A stretch of 64,000 nt of DNA from a candidate division FCPU426 bacterium (GCA_030637655.1 DAOWGI010000090.1:1-64000); one strand, 5' to 3'; counted from the stretch's first letter, positions 24,001 through 29,100 are shown. Notes: generated from the letters alone by a model not told the origin. Numbers and translations are program-made.

Positions 24001-25585
24001 ATATACGATAGTTTTCATTACCCAATGGATCAATGGTTGTTTCCTGGTAACTTAAAAGATGATCAAGACTGTCAAATTTTGCCTGACCCCAGATCCGGAC
24101 ACTGATATTGCCCAAGCTGTCTTTTTTGCTTTCACAATAGCTGCTAAGTCTTCCATATTTGTCATAGCTGCCGTCTTCCCGGTAAATCTCATAGGTGTTG
24201 CCAATAGGATCTGTTACGGTTTCCTGGTAATTTAATACATCACCTAATCGGTTATAGACAATACCTTGACGAATGGTCGTTGTATTCAATCCAAGCGCGT
24301 CAGTACGTTTTTCCGCAAATCCGGTTAAACGGTTTTGCTTGGTATAACCTGCTGCTGTCCATTCGATCGAAGTCATGGTTTTGTCTATTGCAACGCGCAG
24401 TTCACTGTAACCAATCAGCCGGCCAAAATTATCATATTGGCCTTTGCTCCATAAAGTCTGACGCTGACGGCCCAGGGCATCAATAATAATCTCTGTATAG
24501 CTTGCTAATTGACCATACCGGTCATACTCCACGCCTTGCCAGAAACGGGTGGTCTGATAACCTTCGCTGTTGGTTATCACTTCTTTATATCCAACCAGCA
24601 AATATTCCGGCGCGGACTGACTGACTCCGGCTTTGGCTTTTGATTTGCTGTATGCCGGATTTTTAATATAAGTACCGCCGCTCCACAGACGATGTGTCCG
24701 GTTGCCTTTGGCATCTTCTATATCTTCCTGAAATTCGGTTACCTGACGGTTTGCATCGTATTTGGCGCCATACCAGTGCTTGGTAGTTTCATTGCCCCTG
24801 ATATCTCTATAGGTTTCTCTGTAATTGATAAGTAACTTGCCATCATACTCGCCATTATTCCATACGATTTTGGAATGATTTCCAAAGGAATCAATAATTT
24901 CCTGAGTATAACTTGTGATCAGCTTATGGGCATTGGTCTCATCACTTGCATAAAAAACAGAATCATCGGTATAGGTTGCGCCGTACCATTTGACATAGGT
25001 TACATTACCCAGGCTATCAGTTGTTTCCGAGTCATAGTTAATCAGCATTCTTTTGCTGTTATACTTCATATCGTATGTTTGACGAATGGAAACATTACCA
25101 TGAGCATCTATCACCCGCTCGTTTTCCACGAGTACTGCCAAGCCGTCTTTGAACCAGATGCGCTTGCCGTCATCGTACTGAACGTAATTGAACATGGCCT
25201 GTTGGCCTAAAATAGCAAAAACCTTTTGTCTGGCCATCTGTGCTTCTCTGGAAAGCCGGGCCATGCTCTGCTGGTGCAGAAAGACCGATTCGTTAACGTT
25301 TTTCGCGATTTTTTGAGTAACTTTGTTTTTTTTCTTATCCAGCATCTGCTCCATGCGATTTTGATAATCAATAATCGCTTTCTTTTTATTCATCCGGTTT
25401 TGGACCGCGTCCGGAGTGAAATAGCCGGAATCATACCGGTCATGCTGCTGCCGGAATTGACCGCTTATCACAAAAGCCTGCAATACCGGCTCGATGACAA
25501 TTGATTGAATAAACGACATCATCACCAGCATAATAATGCTTTTCTTTACTCGTTCCAGCAACGGTCGGGATAATTTGATTTTCAT
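2..25585 (-). CDS. Giant (>=8528 aa, 3'-truncated by window) secreted YD/Rhs-like repeat polymorphic toxin
   Basis: ATG at 25585 with GGAGG at 25591-25595; starts MKIKLSRPLLERVKKSIIMLVMMSFIQSIVIEPVLQA. I read the frame by hand over most of 2-2100 and at spot checks elsewhere and found no stop. The ORF track lists no minus-strand ORF in this frame anywhere in 1-25585, as expected if no stop occurs before the edge. Many Y[DN]xxG[QR]xxxYxE-type repeats. Confidence 0.9.
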   Translation of the reverse strand, partial: MKIKLSRPLLERVKKSIIMLVMMSFIQSIVIEPVLQAFVISGQFRQQHDRYDSGYFTPDAVQNRMNKKKAIIDYQNRMEQMLDKKKNKVTQKIAKNVNESVFLHQQSMARLSREAQMARQKVFAILGQQAMFNYVQYDDGKRIWFKDGLAVLVENERVIDAHGNVSIRQTYDMKYNSKRMLINYDSETTDSLGNVTYVKWYGATYTDDSVFYASDETNAHKLITSYTQEIIDSFGNHSKIVWNNGEYDGKLLINYRETYRDIRGNETTKHWYGAKYDANRQVTEFQEDIEDAKGNRTHRLWSGGTYIKNPAYSKSKAKAGVSQSAPEYLLVGYKEVITNSEGYQTTRFWQGVEYDRYGQLASYTEIIIDALGRQRQTLWSKGQYDNFGRLIGYSELRVAIDKTMTSIEWTAAGYTKQNRLTGFAEKRTDALGLNTTTIRQGIVYNRLGDVLNYQETVTDPIGNTYEIYREDGSYDKYGRLSSYCESKKDSLGNISVRIWGQAKFDSLDHLLSYQETTIDPLGNENYRIWDQGTYDYLGRLISYHESATDILGNTSQRWWQEARYDEFDHQAGYTEIREDVFGHRTQTKWRAGQFDGDATNVFDNTVETRHVLSLQNGYNQYGQLTDYIEEVTDIYGQVSYRVWSNGTYDKYGRIQSHQETYISADGSESRKTWQNAEYDKLGRLIKYKEIWTYPGGLTSSHDWFGAVYDALGRLESVQERFEDSNGNVTERIQECTAYNNLHQMIGYEETITNPISDVGSGLKPDRTNTIWQAGQYDRYGRVTRSRKSSISQKDPNVEVVTEVVDRDYDGYGEICGGEEIKTISGTTHDNKLVNLTTRTWFDNVQFNNTGVGARCTVPLQLQAYTQITETTGLDPNGTILDWQVTLTVTDITLFSRIETRCTQAPGLDHTVITTRTDIIRNALGQITGYTDEIWDEATPAGVSMIQRSGTVYNSRHEIMGYQELVTDITGLVSERFISGLLYNGLGQQIAVTSITQRTGEGVKTLPANWDAMTEEEKLQELEKQIAGIGNGINWTDLVGAQCIVPLLNEEIVTIGELGSLKLDQTTGVLQIVLYLTQSSVRQPIQYDIAGRMVSYVEEKETLGNPTKTTVTWQADGFTPAGLVAAETIETTVGAYGNTPLQSRITTTNRNAMTYNMVGQLLSYAETITDTQSPDLITTRNITNRTYDSLGRLAQQNEVERIVGTTEDRLPDYGQLNEAMLEGMTLFVGAQNIVPLQWDQVTQTQQQELLEGKSVQITSPGGSDVTLSFAPGAVVMVETCMDLTITRTRFQADFDQTGRLAGYTETIHTQGDGLDKIDTNVRDQITYNKKHQITGYHETQWSSMTPLMTVERWMTKLNYDALGQMTGYKERLVQQAGNGVDLYIEIITSRWGMIYNASGQLAGYEEQIRRSDLTGVIKTIERYNMLYDDQGHMIGYAEKQDDGQGLIVLTNVTDIKTNRLAQEKSREETITTRAYEQTDLVYETIQNRSINHQRYNGLGQKTHSIDTITTQGLDTQTTVLWAKGRYNQFGQLETFEEETRIRGPGLQKSTTKKRTATEYNPLGQLSLSTEETISSDAPDKVIVETLQSIAYDIHGRRLAWMNLKFEGAKGSVAPQGILTRTDRQSTTYNAQGREIAFTETTHQTGNTGTETLDSTQTIVRSAILYHPAGMIKSYTEEITSNATTDGTTRSWKGIYNNQGRLTEYEETRLKGNEITTTTRDQIFYNTLNQQTGYQEKHHQVVVGADPSIRPLVDLQTTTNRTAITYDNQGRVTGYEDNLSSSDQADLLITVIRHDQTYNNMGELETWLENQTILGQNVNQPYSIQKETRRLATIYNVLGRVTDFTETTTEDWHDVITTVNRASMSYDAFGRIKTYSETQHEQDVGATGRSPLLDRTTAITRQGTKYDNQGRLIHYTETKESSLTSDLTETIAYAVAGFDLAGRVSGYTNQSTTTSATGPMRRVYTIGKQNIIYNTHNQEISFKEQTTSSAATGVINERTRNSQTYNTYGQLIFYEELINKINVGANLVFARETTTRDKITYNEFNQEISWQEESTNSDINTTTITDYSNAKYNHLGQLNTFDQTIIKQGDSLAGINAPAITTTIQRLSTSYNQSGQLIGQQEEQAGSQEPEVIVTDTLGDITYNHRGERLTYTKTISKNTQDGTLSLIQSINRQSTTYDDAGREIAYTESNSSNASPDLETTITKNQINYNTLAQIVGYEETINRIGTDSQSGVKLDQTQINIRSLMTYNTQGELDNYHQENQSGTIVQDWNITAYDNFGRTTGYTQTGTSPATGAYATKWSGEYNTLDQVIALDETYITTDNGSQDYTKQQTGIVYNNKGQQTGYSETGSTTTMPSYSKTYQADFADSYNTLGQMQHYKEVVTSDLGIVTEKEWSQGKYNNLGQLTGYHHVGARRAVPLLIEETITDWQADFSDSYDLSGNQKHYLESTLTTYYDPQTGQEIDQKKEEKNWFDATYNNDNQLTGYEESIDKIDVGANLVFARETAARSNMDYDTFGRLNYFEETGSSALTGNYDKTWQATAFDDQGRATHTIENGYSEAGGVNTDLTRTNMTYDDHGWLTGYEESGISGSKYIDRQWQAGIDKTILTQTNPSSVSSVLSVVNAFDLLGRVFASTETGWTESGYYEKIQHDTIYNYLSQQTDYSEVGWNLADSTYTKTVTNQTYNILGQREYYHQVTNAIDKNQIITLDWTARAKSYNTKGQLVDSTEEGTIEENGVQIETYTTTWQAGFSDSYTDHGQLRRFESETVHNTAQGTKTTRTKRAHSLFKANGLLDSYHETTTNIISSGADTQETTTSLIRSNIEYIDTTQYSEDGGTTWIKFVGADPCIRPDVSSRIWQHQGMQSGYQELILSSQASEKPTQSIMNSITYNHLGQQSSYVHVTADEDLTNATLRRFSAWLVSTQGLGTLDPNSDLGKAWIVEALELATMLAIEPQNLITNVITWIKLKLGSLPDDMTANITELFNGLAGILDLSFLGDLGSLVVNLFALTNNYLNLGALGALACPAYAGVVNLSNAVAGIDDTDEGNMPAWLTAYAKLKPFDYIGTVTHRVNTMYDTYNRPESWQENTRNTAGPEKETLTDVEVTYQGHTQRQATYSARMNERTVGKTTDGKITNLYRYNYIYNTFDQATDYTEAIINGDDLFITAPPAVIPDLIRDPGTQSFTVTWSNLSIADRNTLIDALINETAEVKELTTINLWNNVTYNAINQMIGYDLTTHKRGYTYQDFAEAGNIFQTLSQQQDMINKQQLVINAQQGLLKSANDKWIESYNLINKYFNNELPPASDQQAVMDAITARLTTQNLNVAEKENTKDTARDNLDDAYEVLATASAELAGAMKNLIISENDWRALIRKQDQLIKQIKDYFGNNGKGLLTEVTTLKELIIKYNINIDERALDEAVGLVQQVLINWTHKDYKNDIDVGLNDQQILETELTSQKDLDTLINRALQLKDGLNELGAIVSSIRSGIDHAINDAGGLRAIFTAKEIYLKGDPDDPNDSGIEGEYNVAVGDLKIKKGEYEGKYGEYNIKYQPFSSAEIAYTLAKNNYDGQVEIVKESEAKLNMVPVGTVIKRSHSFFSSTVYFEYLLQADYSVEVKTYSSNNRPAEINSDAYGQVQARNLALFIIQHGDEIGLSGSEKEMKDKKLLMDIAETNLKGDGTESNINYEALMITAHKEYQDKHFELYATQDTSTEWYSNDAFVKKTGPYESSLKYQWETAKTEYETANTKLKDAEKHYEDTTTLFNEIEIFREKAADNYHSDLTNQGLVDSYNQLKETNNNQSQKDAYLAKTTEYLEAVGDISEFSDLVDAAAQNLVIAKEQQSDIKTGFDMMLNHINQIELVTADLQEESNNQLKMINDMADLKSVTATQLLEYTFQINNQTYQLDQTQVDALVDGSGITLQTGTYDLNDLAKDAQIKISASGVTTSSRQNITYNNVGHLDTYEEIKFTGKDIIVGNAIKTWDQLSDTEKAGLFAGSIQAELPGDGSISVTKALWHQFDGQGRMKANKVSITETRYQGKEKAEKTYTVETRISDYDDKGNQLHYRKETKEKDKTIIEETKSGLAYDNENRLTFSHLMITETTKSRTKVQEIITGSMTYNHLDQMTGFVRETREGDKRIYEKTLARMKYNQDNQTIYSNILTIATDKSSGITVDDVIAVKDREKAQSSFGSKAQVKQTIMQNAKYNARGQAISMQRTTIDANRRIEERLSDMTYDGDDLKTIRSTVLESGIRKLANKEGRLYYRSYIVDTKNISFNENGDVTEMKRTTTNGAKVTLEHLTNMTYDTAGRNIHSFNTITETVGTNPEHIYTVETTMHDYTNEDRIARQTRITIDGNKRIEESNKNTEAYTYDDKGNIEKKVTEVIEETIGNPTDATPYSKTYTSTEFDMVYDSLGQLASVTKKTHYTDSNGDYYTEEKSNFDYDLKGRLRESAVTGNRYETVPADGKVTTTITRVPASGYDNADHMEQFTTITYEGNKLQLKNPKRSVAWSSLTETEKENIIDGTDKDKLDMFVVVNSMNDVQYDPNGQMKSWIGSARMLGPVVTELDILLKATFEGRDFGTGPTANADKLKAFNDTLGTGDLIIRDSGDVIDLGSLIDSEKIAVIDVATGTIAETTTISAKGQDYKVEDLDVSIPLDTINTTVRLNTSFNSLNQAKAFDEITLDGNGLILNGAFTLWQDVADKTEVLNAWQVARDNKSDMIDNDQVGLFPNNFVTYTQMSNIKYSDRGDMQTWNMSKLELQLRLKHGITPIDGKVNLAVNRNSSSSRLHTVNRTDGKEIAAHEIHEGANGVKTETYTFFTYDDAKRANELYKLTKSEDDNNTWIAEYTKVETYKHTGNQDVFGRTLTTSTYGSVKRIADDISTKDFKVLANNIQNELTPTVDLKSICEAQVADLTNATRTETDLMEFFYEADASRTNRTIKVHTDATGIDTVEDTYYYYGASSQDSKPVATRTIKIGQPQGIGLVDNKLTYDQSKGLKNIEDSKLTYDSRGIVSHSVTVKQDPAGVISVEKTEFNYSQNQLQSTSKEIYLDINNEIVISTSPKDGFMDYTGGGRKTLENSEYGYTNGKLSNTKTNRTDLAGQLGFEEVDMGYDDSTGRLSKTTTINWNKDLYKTTTVRDVMTYDQNTGQLIGYVETINSAYTPGKITSQTASNITYDSHGRIKNRTLVITDTVGLDTHLTTKVLQVDHYDGIGRMADITVTTTVGQKITKEIIKQTYSNSNGLLSTINKIITESGGNLNRKYERNTIYIYKANPVDPADYQPEYEITTTIDNERKTIEKSALAYNGANQITFKHAIINLYKINGLSEDHLSTYKIDTINSHYNDQGLADQYQVTTTKDNKVTEHHVTKATFDAAGQVTHQESDYTESVAGIYSKSWTEIADYSDYNLLGQNTGYALTRTEGRKQTIESSSNISYNSLGQIKQKIFHVVEQDRDGQNADYYNKYDVVLTNQYDLFGQVSGYEKQTIYDHEISTETASNLNYDNDERLSHSEIAFNEKDKKLIHDLNHSYRVTTDNSYQNGVLTGYTRTRQEAGEVKLTIERADIIVYDNQGRMTCVESQITEKDPTAALLNHSYNTIIETQLFDTWDRALITTKTTTDDLSVTIDIIKVEDMDAKGNVIETITDRNINGRITSIQRKNSLNNLDQVESYKKVITAGAKTTIEEATSLAYNGQGQMKASLINYRVLDTDELTGIKFENISTSNEGAQLNRSYTTDTKSIDYNNLGQMKSYEKETVSGLKTTQEESLADMTYNLNGQLAYSNSRFTETGDCGNGVLKHSYDVETDNTTYNAFGQMSGYTKTTTDNNRVTSDTVSNVIYENGLVKQQNSVIHETGDNLDHGYRLSIVNDEYNEFGQVEDYTRTTTDKLRVTTETVIDQVYNSQEQLLTYHKTTDALGKRTIQIVNQSIIYDDLGRIINMTTKEEIKDSFNDGADLHLYTIVTTENHSFDQDSRVTSYRKSTDEYLQNNPTNRPPVVKPVKTIVENAATVEYNQLNQIKKTISVFAETGRLDNATSVQPADCPKLVGINSLALGYTVTTNNTYNSDDQILRIDRTTAKNNRGTRELSQADQRYDNYGNLVYSNTQFTDTGDNLNRSYTIVRKNIIYNWLDQVVKEKKETTERDEVKTEESIKSNTYDQSNRLLTEQKRITETNATLNIDRTYRQESINQAYNELGQVTNQRTKTYNDSGAADRIMIMEQSSISYDSLGRQFSFSQKTYQEDISGIMAGTTINTERYWTTYNTISQLDQYKQEYYQNNPNREKLAQINVDDFTLAVDGNNQALVNLSLDQIMSTLDTNQLVTSDVYSMIYDVLFEGIQANFLSKNETPEAAASLAKEAANALVATFAPNEINIPIGGNEEIKLSDLSSATIVFALLKDHWTAKEATLGGDPLADMNIMELVKADPAYANQSLGSVLKSLLKEAFKSANNSLTEAQVNQLADELIDGLTYMDNVDPANNLMDLTLAQIFSLQVAYNLDDDPNTNYGDERDAGMLESSLVQILFRIFTHEADGTSIKNIFDQVLNSSWADIKDSNNTELSNVTLSGLINRYLGGSGSDLGETVRDVLSNLYDQYEEKSKITTLVTSTSYNDDELMTQQTENRLWSNYGGGQIPGLDSGWTNGDVIVTTDKRYKTNSNRLAGQQVTINGGTGDHWDWVIDNAYFYRTKTTHPQTKLVTYGNWELLGGEYQQAVDGIAWEDQANIPDDERQFKQEDRTISFAYIQNDIGYDRHGREVSSWTYTEQVKKSTIYWMTTGNNPEAKTVGSVVALVGTATRNSVNKFDGYGRAIESSSKSRSTDHNQTDSNEKLSGISYYDNKRKISTTSGNTTYYLHVGDAPSNSSIIRAIQWRERQEATLGYISSARDAWNLGDSGGIYRLIYDKNESEINPHEESSRGSNEYVYDAYGNLNNQATQKASDITTEIGEFEGAGLSDWGQFFSLILTAVQIVATFINPAIGLALSFVVELVRGALLSTEFGESFRNAVINLGAQIATMGIGSGLKAASDAIQQAVTIAARMAATAIVSVAKALLQGVTNNAELWKAAAAGAVSGAVGAIRGSGMDLVGKVLLITAINVGAAAIEGVEDAGQLLLIAGLAIAAGFSSGGTGNKGQPQYTTDLLEIGLLFVGALVATAVATLLDEVMGFEGQVLTSVILQTAISVASNGFSTASKAANANKVGPFTAPELFKQNFATHLMSVLSQGFKQGFILNVRNNAGAKTYTIKTGVNARSADNELRQLNEDKRVQAVYQQTVMDLANDIKIDNMADGLTVAGCELSEMFATKSTDAKAVKTQDTSIADKTISADDSQSFFMLIKEMTEDGEFSAADKEALLKTMGIEKLNKSILFNAEEIKTIKGLLGNADLEAMAVMVNGKEMVLFFDGDTLKASAMMNAAGQKEVRTFDFKYGDDGKISVVTGRIFRLVGNKLTPAGSFTFAKSNSQEFKAAMQKTKERITNDMVAEKLDKAESVYVEEVGKSKRQVYMDAEGKALVSESLLADGTMKMLVYDYDDLAEGMLAKGKVFTGKNGEYGSMSVADFTIKKFTGMSGSKVLDVLVGAGFKPAQNRIVYQETIGETITREISSNEKGQIGYVYTKSADGKEQVVVFVGATLAVAQNNIDVINFNDLTTDEQNTIIASLPVMNDQDPAMLTSKLVDMQDALNMAALAKQAQTMGFELDVKDAKIFVTIPDGGDVQILNVFEDADGNLIMQGRELVANEDGMTATGPEIILAPADSAFAKTVMNNTTVGNGRDRSLQQNVDAVSILIRTDKNGQTTALALDANRKPVGARHALPADALDKSFAGLKDQGDKTVGATLAVAQQSTVAVTDALTSKYHIWGYIAQIAPEVVAMAKELGIAEEMAGLLEGASLGDFIKEGAVNAWTIIGQIAMNFVPVADQGSDIRDIGAAIKNLVQNQGKKLGDWGNLGLNGVRFVPLIGLFTFGPKIYKHADEFKAALKTLFTENKAFVKVFKALDGQWKGIKEFASNLKTNPIKFGDKAKFMVQSSLRKLGILKITKPENGLYARVVDSDSWDFVKSGEKLSHPKSKDVFVAALDDIADVRTGKEMGKRLALKTTDGVLRKDANVVIVMKLPGDSLKTPKSTHHKGFKNYNQEGGNLTKGGAREWVMDNGTIKDVQSQGGEILEVYKLTDKGGKEILWKPTAVISKETSSDVLKVTKNQINKNTETLTDLQVNSKKSLLTSHTNISSSVKSVDNIGLKPSKVKATTNMLSTPKSHVPKPSTASRTSKTSADLSVSSAKSADKSLIKAAGIAVATGALVGGTTKAVAQIAGAQPQPGQKKISAGLALPEAGVVRGSPVHNPGAAIEQREKISDDEEKVPSYFNSDPGPGAGNITGGQNQPPNLSQPNRSHLQISSANITKKPITAGRDAVSGTQAKQHLMMKKPSDSSTQSVKSGNIFETIGGLFAAIGKGIVNTINSVSKGISGLWNSIFGIKVETPYRASLQNVQILNVFEDADGNLIMQGRELVANEDGMTATGPEIILAPADSVFAKDAVGAQFIAPNNAVSILIRTIPGQ
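14..213. repeat. Direct repeat A, copy 1 (continues off left edge)
   Basis: 14-39 matches 2297-2322 and 90-213 nearly exactly matches 2400-2523; same reading frame. Confidence 0.9.
852..1133 (-). CDS. Nested out-of-frame 93-aa putative immunity protein (CxxC-containing) inside the giant ORF
   Basis: GGAGG at 1146-1150 upstream of ATG; begins where the toxin-like domain ends; QCEICGQYW motif; the overlapping giant frame is S/T/K-rich and linker-like. Confidence 0.75.
   Translation of the reverse strand: METNCCNLKRDIIGRFEGDKKSNKQEHRDFDGLTSELKKITFNKSYEYLKQCEICGQYWLKTIEGEGHYEHAVYTKITRTEALDRFPDLKDKR
1124..1560 (-). other. Ntox10-like toxin domain within the giant ORF
   Basis: Translates as YARVV...DVFVAALDDIADV...KRLAL...GF...GGNLTKGGAREWVMDN, matching from memory the ARV / DVFVT-xxDDI / GGxTxGGAREFV pattern of novel toxin 10. 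Confidence 0.6.
1745..2030 (-). other. PT-TG-like pre-toxin segment within the giant ORF
   Basis: LGDF...IIGQIAMNFVPVADQGSDIRD...WGNLGLNGVRFVPLIG, immediately N-terminal to the toxin-like domain. Confidence 0.55.
2297..2523. repeat. Direct repeat A, copy 2
   Basis: Near-identical to 14-213 except for the intervening palindrome-containing segment. Confidence 0.9.
4090..4790 (-). other. Hydrophobic Gly/Ala-rich multi-helix region of the giant protein (putative membrane translocation domain)
   Basis: WGQFFSLILTAVQIVATFINPAIGLALSFVV..., AAAAGAVSGAVG, LLEIGLLFVGALVATAVATLL; directly follows the last YD-like repeat (YVYDAYGN). Confidence 0.6.
16061..16087. repeat. Intragenic palindrome of a second class (GTCATCCCGGACTTGATCCGGGATCCA), in frame as VIPDLIRDP
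   Basis: Hairpin atcccgga-tcaag-tccgggat seen directly. Confidence 0.7.
17043..23770 (-). repeat. Twelve intragenic REP-like GTAG palindromes (CTAC ends at 17068, 18109, 18358, 19525, 19942, 20365, 21907, 22192, 22474, 23035, 23314, 23770)
   Basis: e.g. gtaggggcacggtgcaccgtgcccctac and gtaggggcgtattgccatacgcccctac; variable stems with constant ends. Confidence 0.9.
25475..25585 (-). other. Predicted Sec signal peptide of the giant protein
   Basis: Basic n-region, hydrophobic h-region (SIIMLVMMSFIQSIVI), ends in VLQA. Confidence 0.6.
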
Positions 25586-25630
25586 AGAATCCTCCATTTT
25601 TTTGGGGATGGCTTTATAATATCAAAATCA

Positions 25631-25768
25631 TTCACCACAATACCCAAACTACGGGCACAAGAGTCACCAAGGCACTAAGCTCCACAGAGTTCTTATCGTT
25701 TTTTCTTTGTATGCCTCTCGTGCCCGTAGTTTGGGTACTGTGCCTCCGTGCCTCTGTGGTGCATCTTT
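25631..25768. repeat. Inverted pair of CACCAC-(AAGGCAC)n repeats, each carrying a 24-bp ATACCCAAACTACGGGCAC insert
   Basis: Same family at 29682-29803, 30215-30283, 33514-33556, 33690-33762, 34876-34985 and 36417-36542. Confidence 0.8.
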
Positions 25769-25777
25769 TAAAATCAT

Positions 25778-25952
25778 GTAACATGTCAGTGAATTGCGGT
25801 TAAACAAAGGTTGTCATTCCCGAAGGTTTAATCGGCCCCAACCGGAAAAGATATATAGGGACGCCTTCGGCAGGAATCTGGTTTTTTAAACCATATCCCC
25901 GACACAAGCATTCGGGGATGACAAACAAAAAAACGCATGACTAACATGTTAC
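25778..25952. mobile_element. MITE-like element, copy 1
   Basis: Terminal inverted repeats GTAACATGTCAGT...ACT(A/G)AC(A/C)TGTTAC and internal hairpins; four copies in the window. Confidence 0.75.
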
Positions 25953-25993
25953 AAAATCGTTTAAATTCAACGATATTTTTTGCGGCTAAAGTA

Positions 25994-26022
25994 TTAGACT
26001 AAAAAATTGAGATTTCCTTGCA
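25994..26022 (-). promoter_or_regulatory. Putative ECF-like promoter upstream of the giant gene (TGCAAGGAAA-N13-GTCTAA)
   Basis: Same motif and spacing at 36889, 37562 and 38081. Confidence 0.55.
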
Positions 26023-26167
26023 TTTTTTTTACTTTTTTTTAATAAAATTTTCAAAGCGAGGCATTGTTTATTATGAGGTATTGTTTATTATGTTGGGCAC
26101 TAATCATACCAACTAAACAATAATTCTGTCTAGTTCATTTTGGGGACAGTCTTCAACTTACTTAATC

Positions 26168-29100
26168 TTAGTTTGCTTCCGGTTTTACGCAAGCCGGATT
26201 TTCCGCCGGAACCCTTTTTATTATGCTTATCTTTCTCAAAGACTCAATAGCGCAATAAAAACACGGCACTACAAATAAAGTGAGCACAGTTCCGGTTATT
26301 AATCCTCCAATAACGGTAATGGCCAAAGGCTGCCAGAGACCGGCTGACTCGCTTTGATCCAAAGCCATAGGCAATAAACCGCACATGGTTGTGACAGTTG
26401 TGATGAAAATCGGCCGAATGCGCTGTTTGCCTGCCCAGCTAATAAGTTTGAATAATGAAATATCAGGATGTTCTGCTTTGAGTTGATTAATCCGGTCTAT
26501 TAATATAATACCATTATTGACAACCATCCCGCCCAGCATCAATAGTCCTATGGAAACCCCTAAGGTCATGGTGGTATGAGTCAGCACCAAGGCTGTGACC
26601 GCGCCTATACCTGAAAGTACTACTGTAATCATAATGATAAAAGGCTGGATCAAGGACTCAAATAAGCCGGCCATGACCATAAATACCAGAATAATGGTCA
26701 GGCCAAGCGCCAGTTTAAAACTTTTATCTGCTGCTACCATCTGCTCATAGTCTCCGCCTATATCAGCATAATAATCATCAGGGAAATTTATAGCATGAAT
26801 CGCCGCTTTGATATCTTCGGCCGCGTCGCCCAGGGGGCGTTTACCCAGGTTGGCGCTGACCTGGATCATTCTTGACTTGTTACGATGCCATATCTCCGAT
26901 GGTGATAACCCGAAATGCAGCTTGGCAATGTGCTCTATTGGCATATGACCGTCTTTTTCAGACATAAGCATGATCTGCCTAAGCTGTTCAATGGTCTCGC
27001 ATTGTTTGGGATCAAGGCGGACAATAGTCTCCACTTCTTCCTGCTTATCATAAAACTTAGTAGCCCGCAGGCCTTTTAACTGGGCATGCATGCTTTCTGC
27101 TACAGTTTTATTGTCCAGTCCCATCAGGGCTACTTTATTGCGATCAAGTATTACCTTTACTTCCGGACGACCGGGACGATAGCGGACTTTGGTATCGGAC
27201 AAGCCTTTAATTTTCGACATCCTGTTAGCCAGCTGCATGGCCAGGCCGGCTAAGGTTTCATAATTATGACCAAAGACCTCGACAAATACTTCTTTGCCGC
27301 TTTGCGGTTCGGAAAAATAAATAAAGGTCTCATATTCTTCTCCGATATTGACCAGCTCTTTACGCAGCCTGGCAATTACCCTGGCCGTGCTAAGTTTCCT
27401 TTCAAACCGGGGTTTTAAGGTTACATAAATTTTAGATGACCAGCCTTCCACCTTGGATGAAATACTTTTGATCTCATCCTTTACGCCCGCATGATTCTGG
27501 ATGCGCTCTTCAATGTCTTTTACAAGTCTATTGGATATATCGAGCCGGACACCTGATGCCATCTCTATAAACACAACAAACTCATTCTGCTCCTGAGATG
27601 CCATAAAATCTTTTGGTACGCGATACCAGAACACTGCTGCTGAGAGCGCAAATAAAAGCAACACTACGGACAACACTTTACCTTGGTGTTTCAACAGCGA
27701 ATTTAAAACCAGCTTATAGCGCACGAGCATAAGCAGGCCGGCCGCCAGCACAGTGATTACCAGCGCGCTGTATAAAGAGAGTTCCAGTTTATAACCTGCG
27801 ATAAAATAAAACACAGCGCTTAGGAAAATCATGGTTAAAAGAGCTGGATAGATTCTGTGGCTGCTTATAAAAGACCAGGTTTTTTTTATAAGCGCTCTGC
27901 TTTTTTTAGCCTGTGTAACATCCCCTCTTTTATCCAGACCTTCTTCACTGCTTACGCTTTTATAGCGATTGAGCAAGGCCGGCACCAAAGCTATGGCTGA
28001 AAATAGCGAGGCCAGTAAAATGGTAGTAACTGTAAAGGCTATGCCGGCATATAAAAGTTGAGCTTGTTTTTGCAATAATGAAAAAGGCAGAAAAACAACT
28101 ATGGTTGTAAGCGTTCCGCCTATCATGGGATTGATCATTTCCTGGGTCGCCTGATTGAGTTGTTCTTCTTTTAATTTGCCCGGTTTTTTCTTTGCCAGAC
28201 GTTCATAGTTTTCCAGCACAACCACCGCGTTATCTACCAGCAGTCCTATGCCCAGCACCAGACCTGACAGGGATATGACATTAAGCGTGACGTGATTGAA
28301 ATACATAAAACCCAGTGTCAGCAGCAAAGAAACCGGAATGGAAGCAGCCACTATAAAAGCGGGCCACAGATCTTTTCGCCAAAGGGCTGTGATAAACAAA
28401 GCCGCTATCATGACTATAACTACAATTATTGTTTTTTGCAGCGGCACACCAATAATAGTCAGTACCAGCAACAATCCCAGCAGGAGTGTCAAGCCAATTG
28501 CCGAGAGATTTCTGGTGATTACGGTTTTACTTAAAAACAAACTCAAGATCAAAATGACCAGGGTCATACCGTAAAAAAGTGTCATCATTACAGAATACAG
28601 AGCTGCTTTGATCAGCTTGCCTTGATTGGAAACGACCAGCATCTCTACATCAGAGGTGAGTGTTTTTTCGAATTTCTTTAATACTTTTTGCACCTGTTCT
28701 ACCACGGCAACTGTATTGGACAAACTTTCCTTCTGAATATAAAGCGTCACAGCTGCTTGGCTGTTAAGACGTGAATAGGACTCAGCTTCTAAGTAATCAT
28801 CTTTGACTGTGCCCAGATCAACCAGCCGGATAACACCGCCTGTTTCCGTCACCGCCACACCGATCTTTTTAATATCCTCAATAGTCTTGAAATCCCCTAA
28901 GGTCCTTAAACCAAAGGTGGAGGACTGCGCTGATACCTCGCCAACGCGGACGTTTAAGTTGTTCCGCTCCAGTACCGAGACCACTTTTTGAAAAGGCAGA
29001 CCTAACGCAACCAGGCGCTGCCGGTCGAGTTCAACCAGTATCTTGCGCTGCCGTCCGCCGCCGATTTCCACATTAGCCACACCGGAAACACGCAGTAGTT

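Noticed and set aside
4281-24033. Other same-strand alternate-frame ORFs within the giant gene (4281, 5374, 9649, 10384, 17140, 22326, 23767)
   Set aside because: Unlike 852-1133 they do not follow a toxin domain, do not look protein-like, and mostly overlap clearly structured parts of the giant frame.
25326-25333. A8 tract near the giant gene start as a frameshift or phase-variation site
   Set aside because: The frame is intact with 8 A, and such tracts are common in this sequence; no evidence of switching.
12-25504. Many plus-strand ORFs in the track across the giant gene (e.g. 552-1001, 2205-2837, 4260-4616)
   Set aside because: Antisense shadows of the long minus-strand frame; no recognisable motifs.
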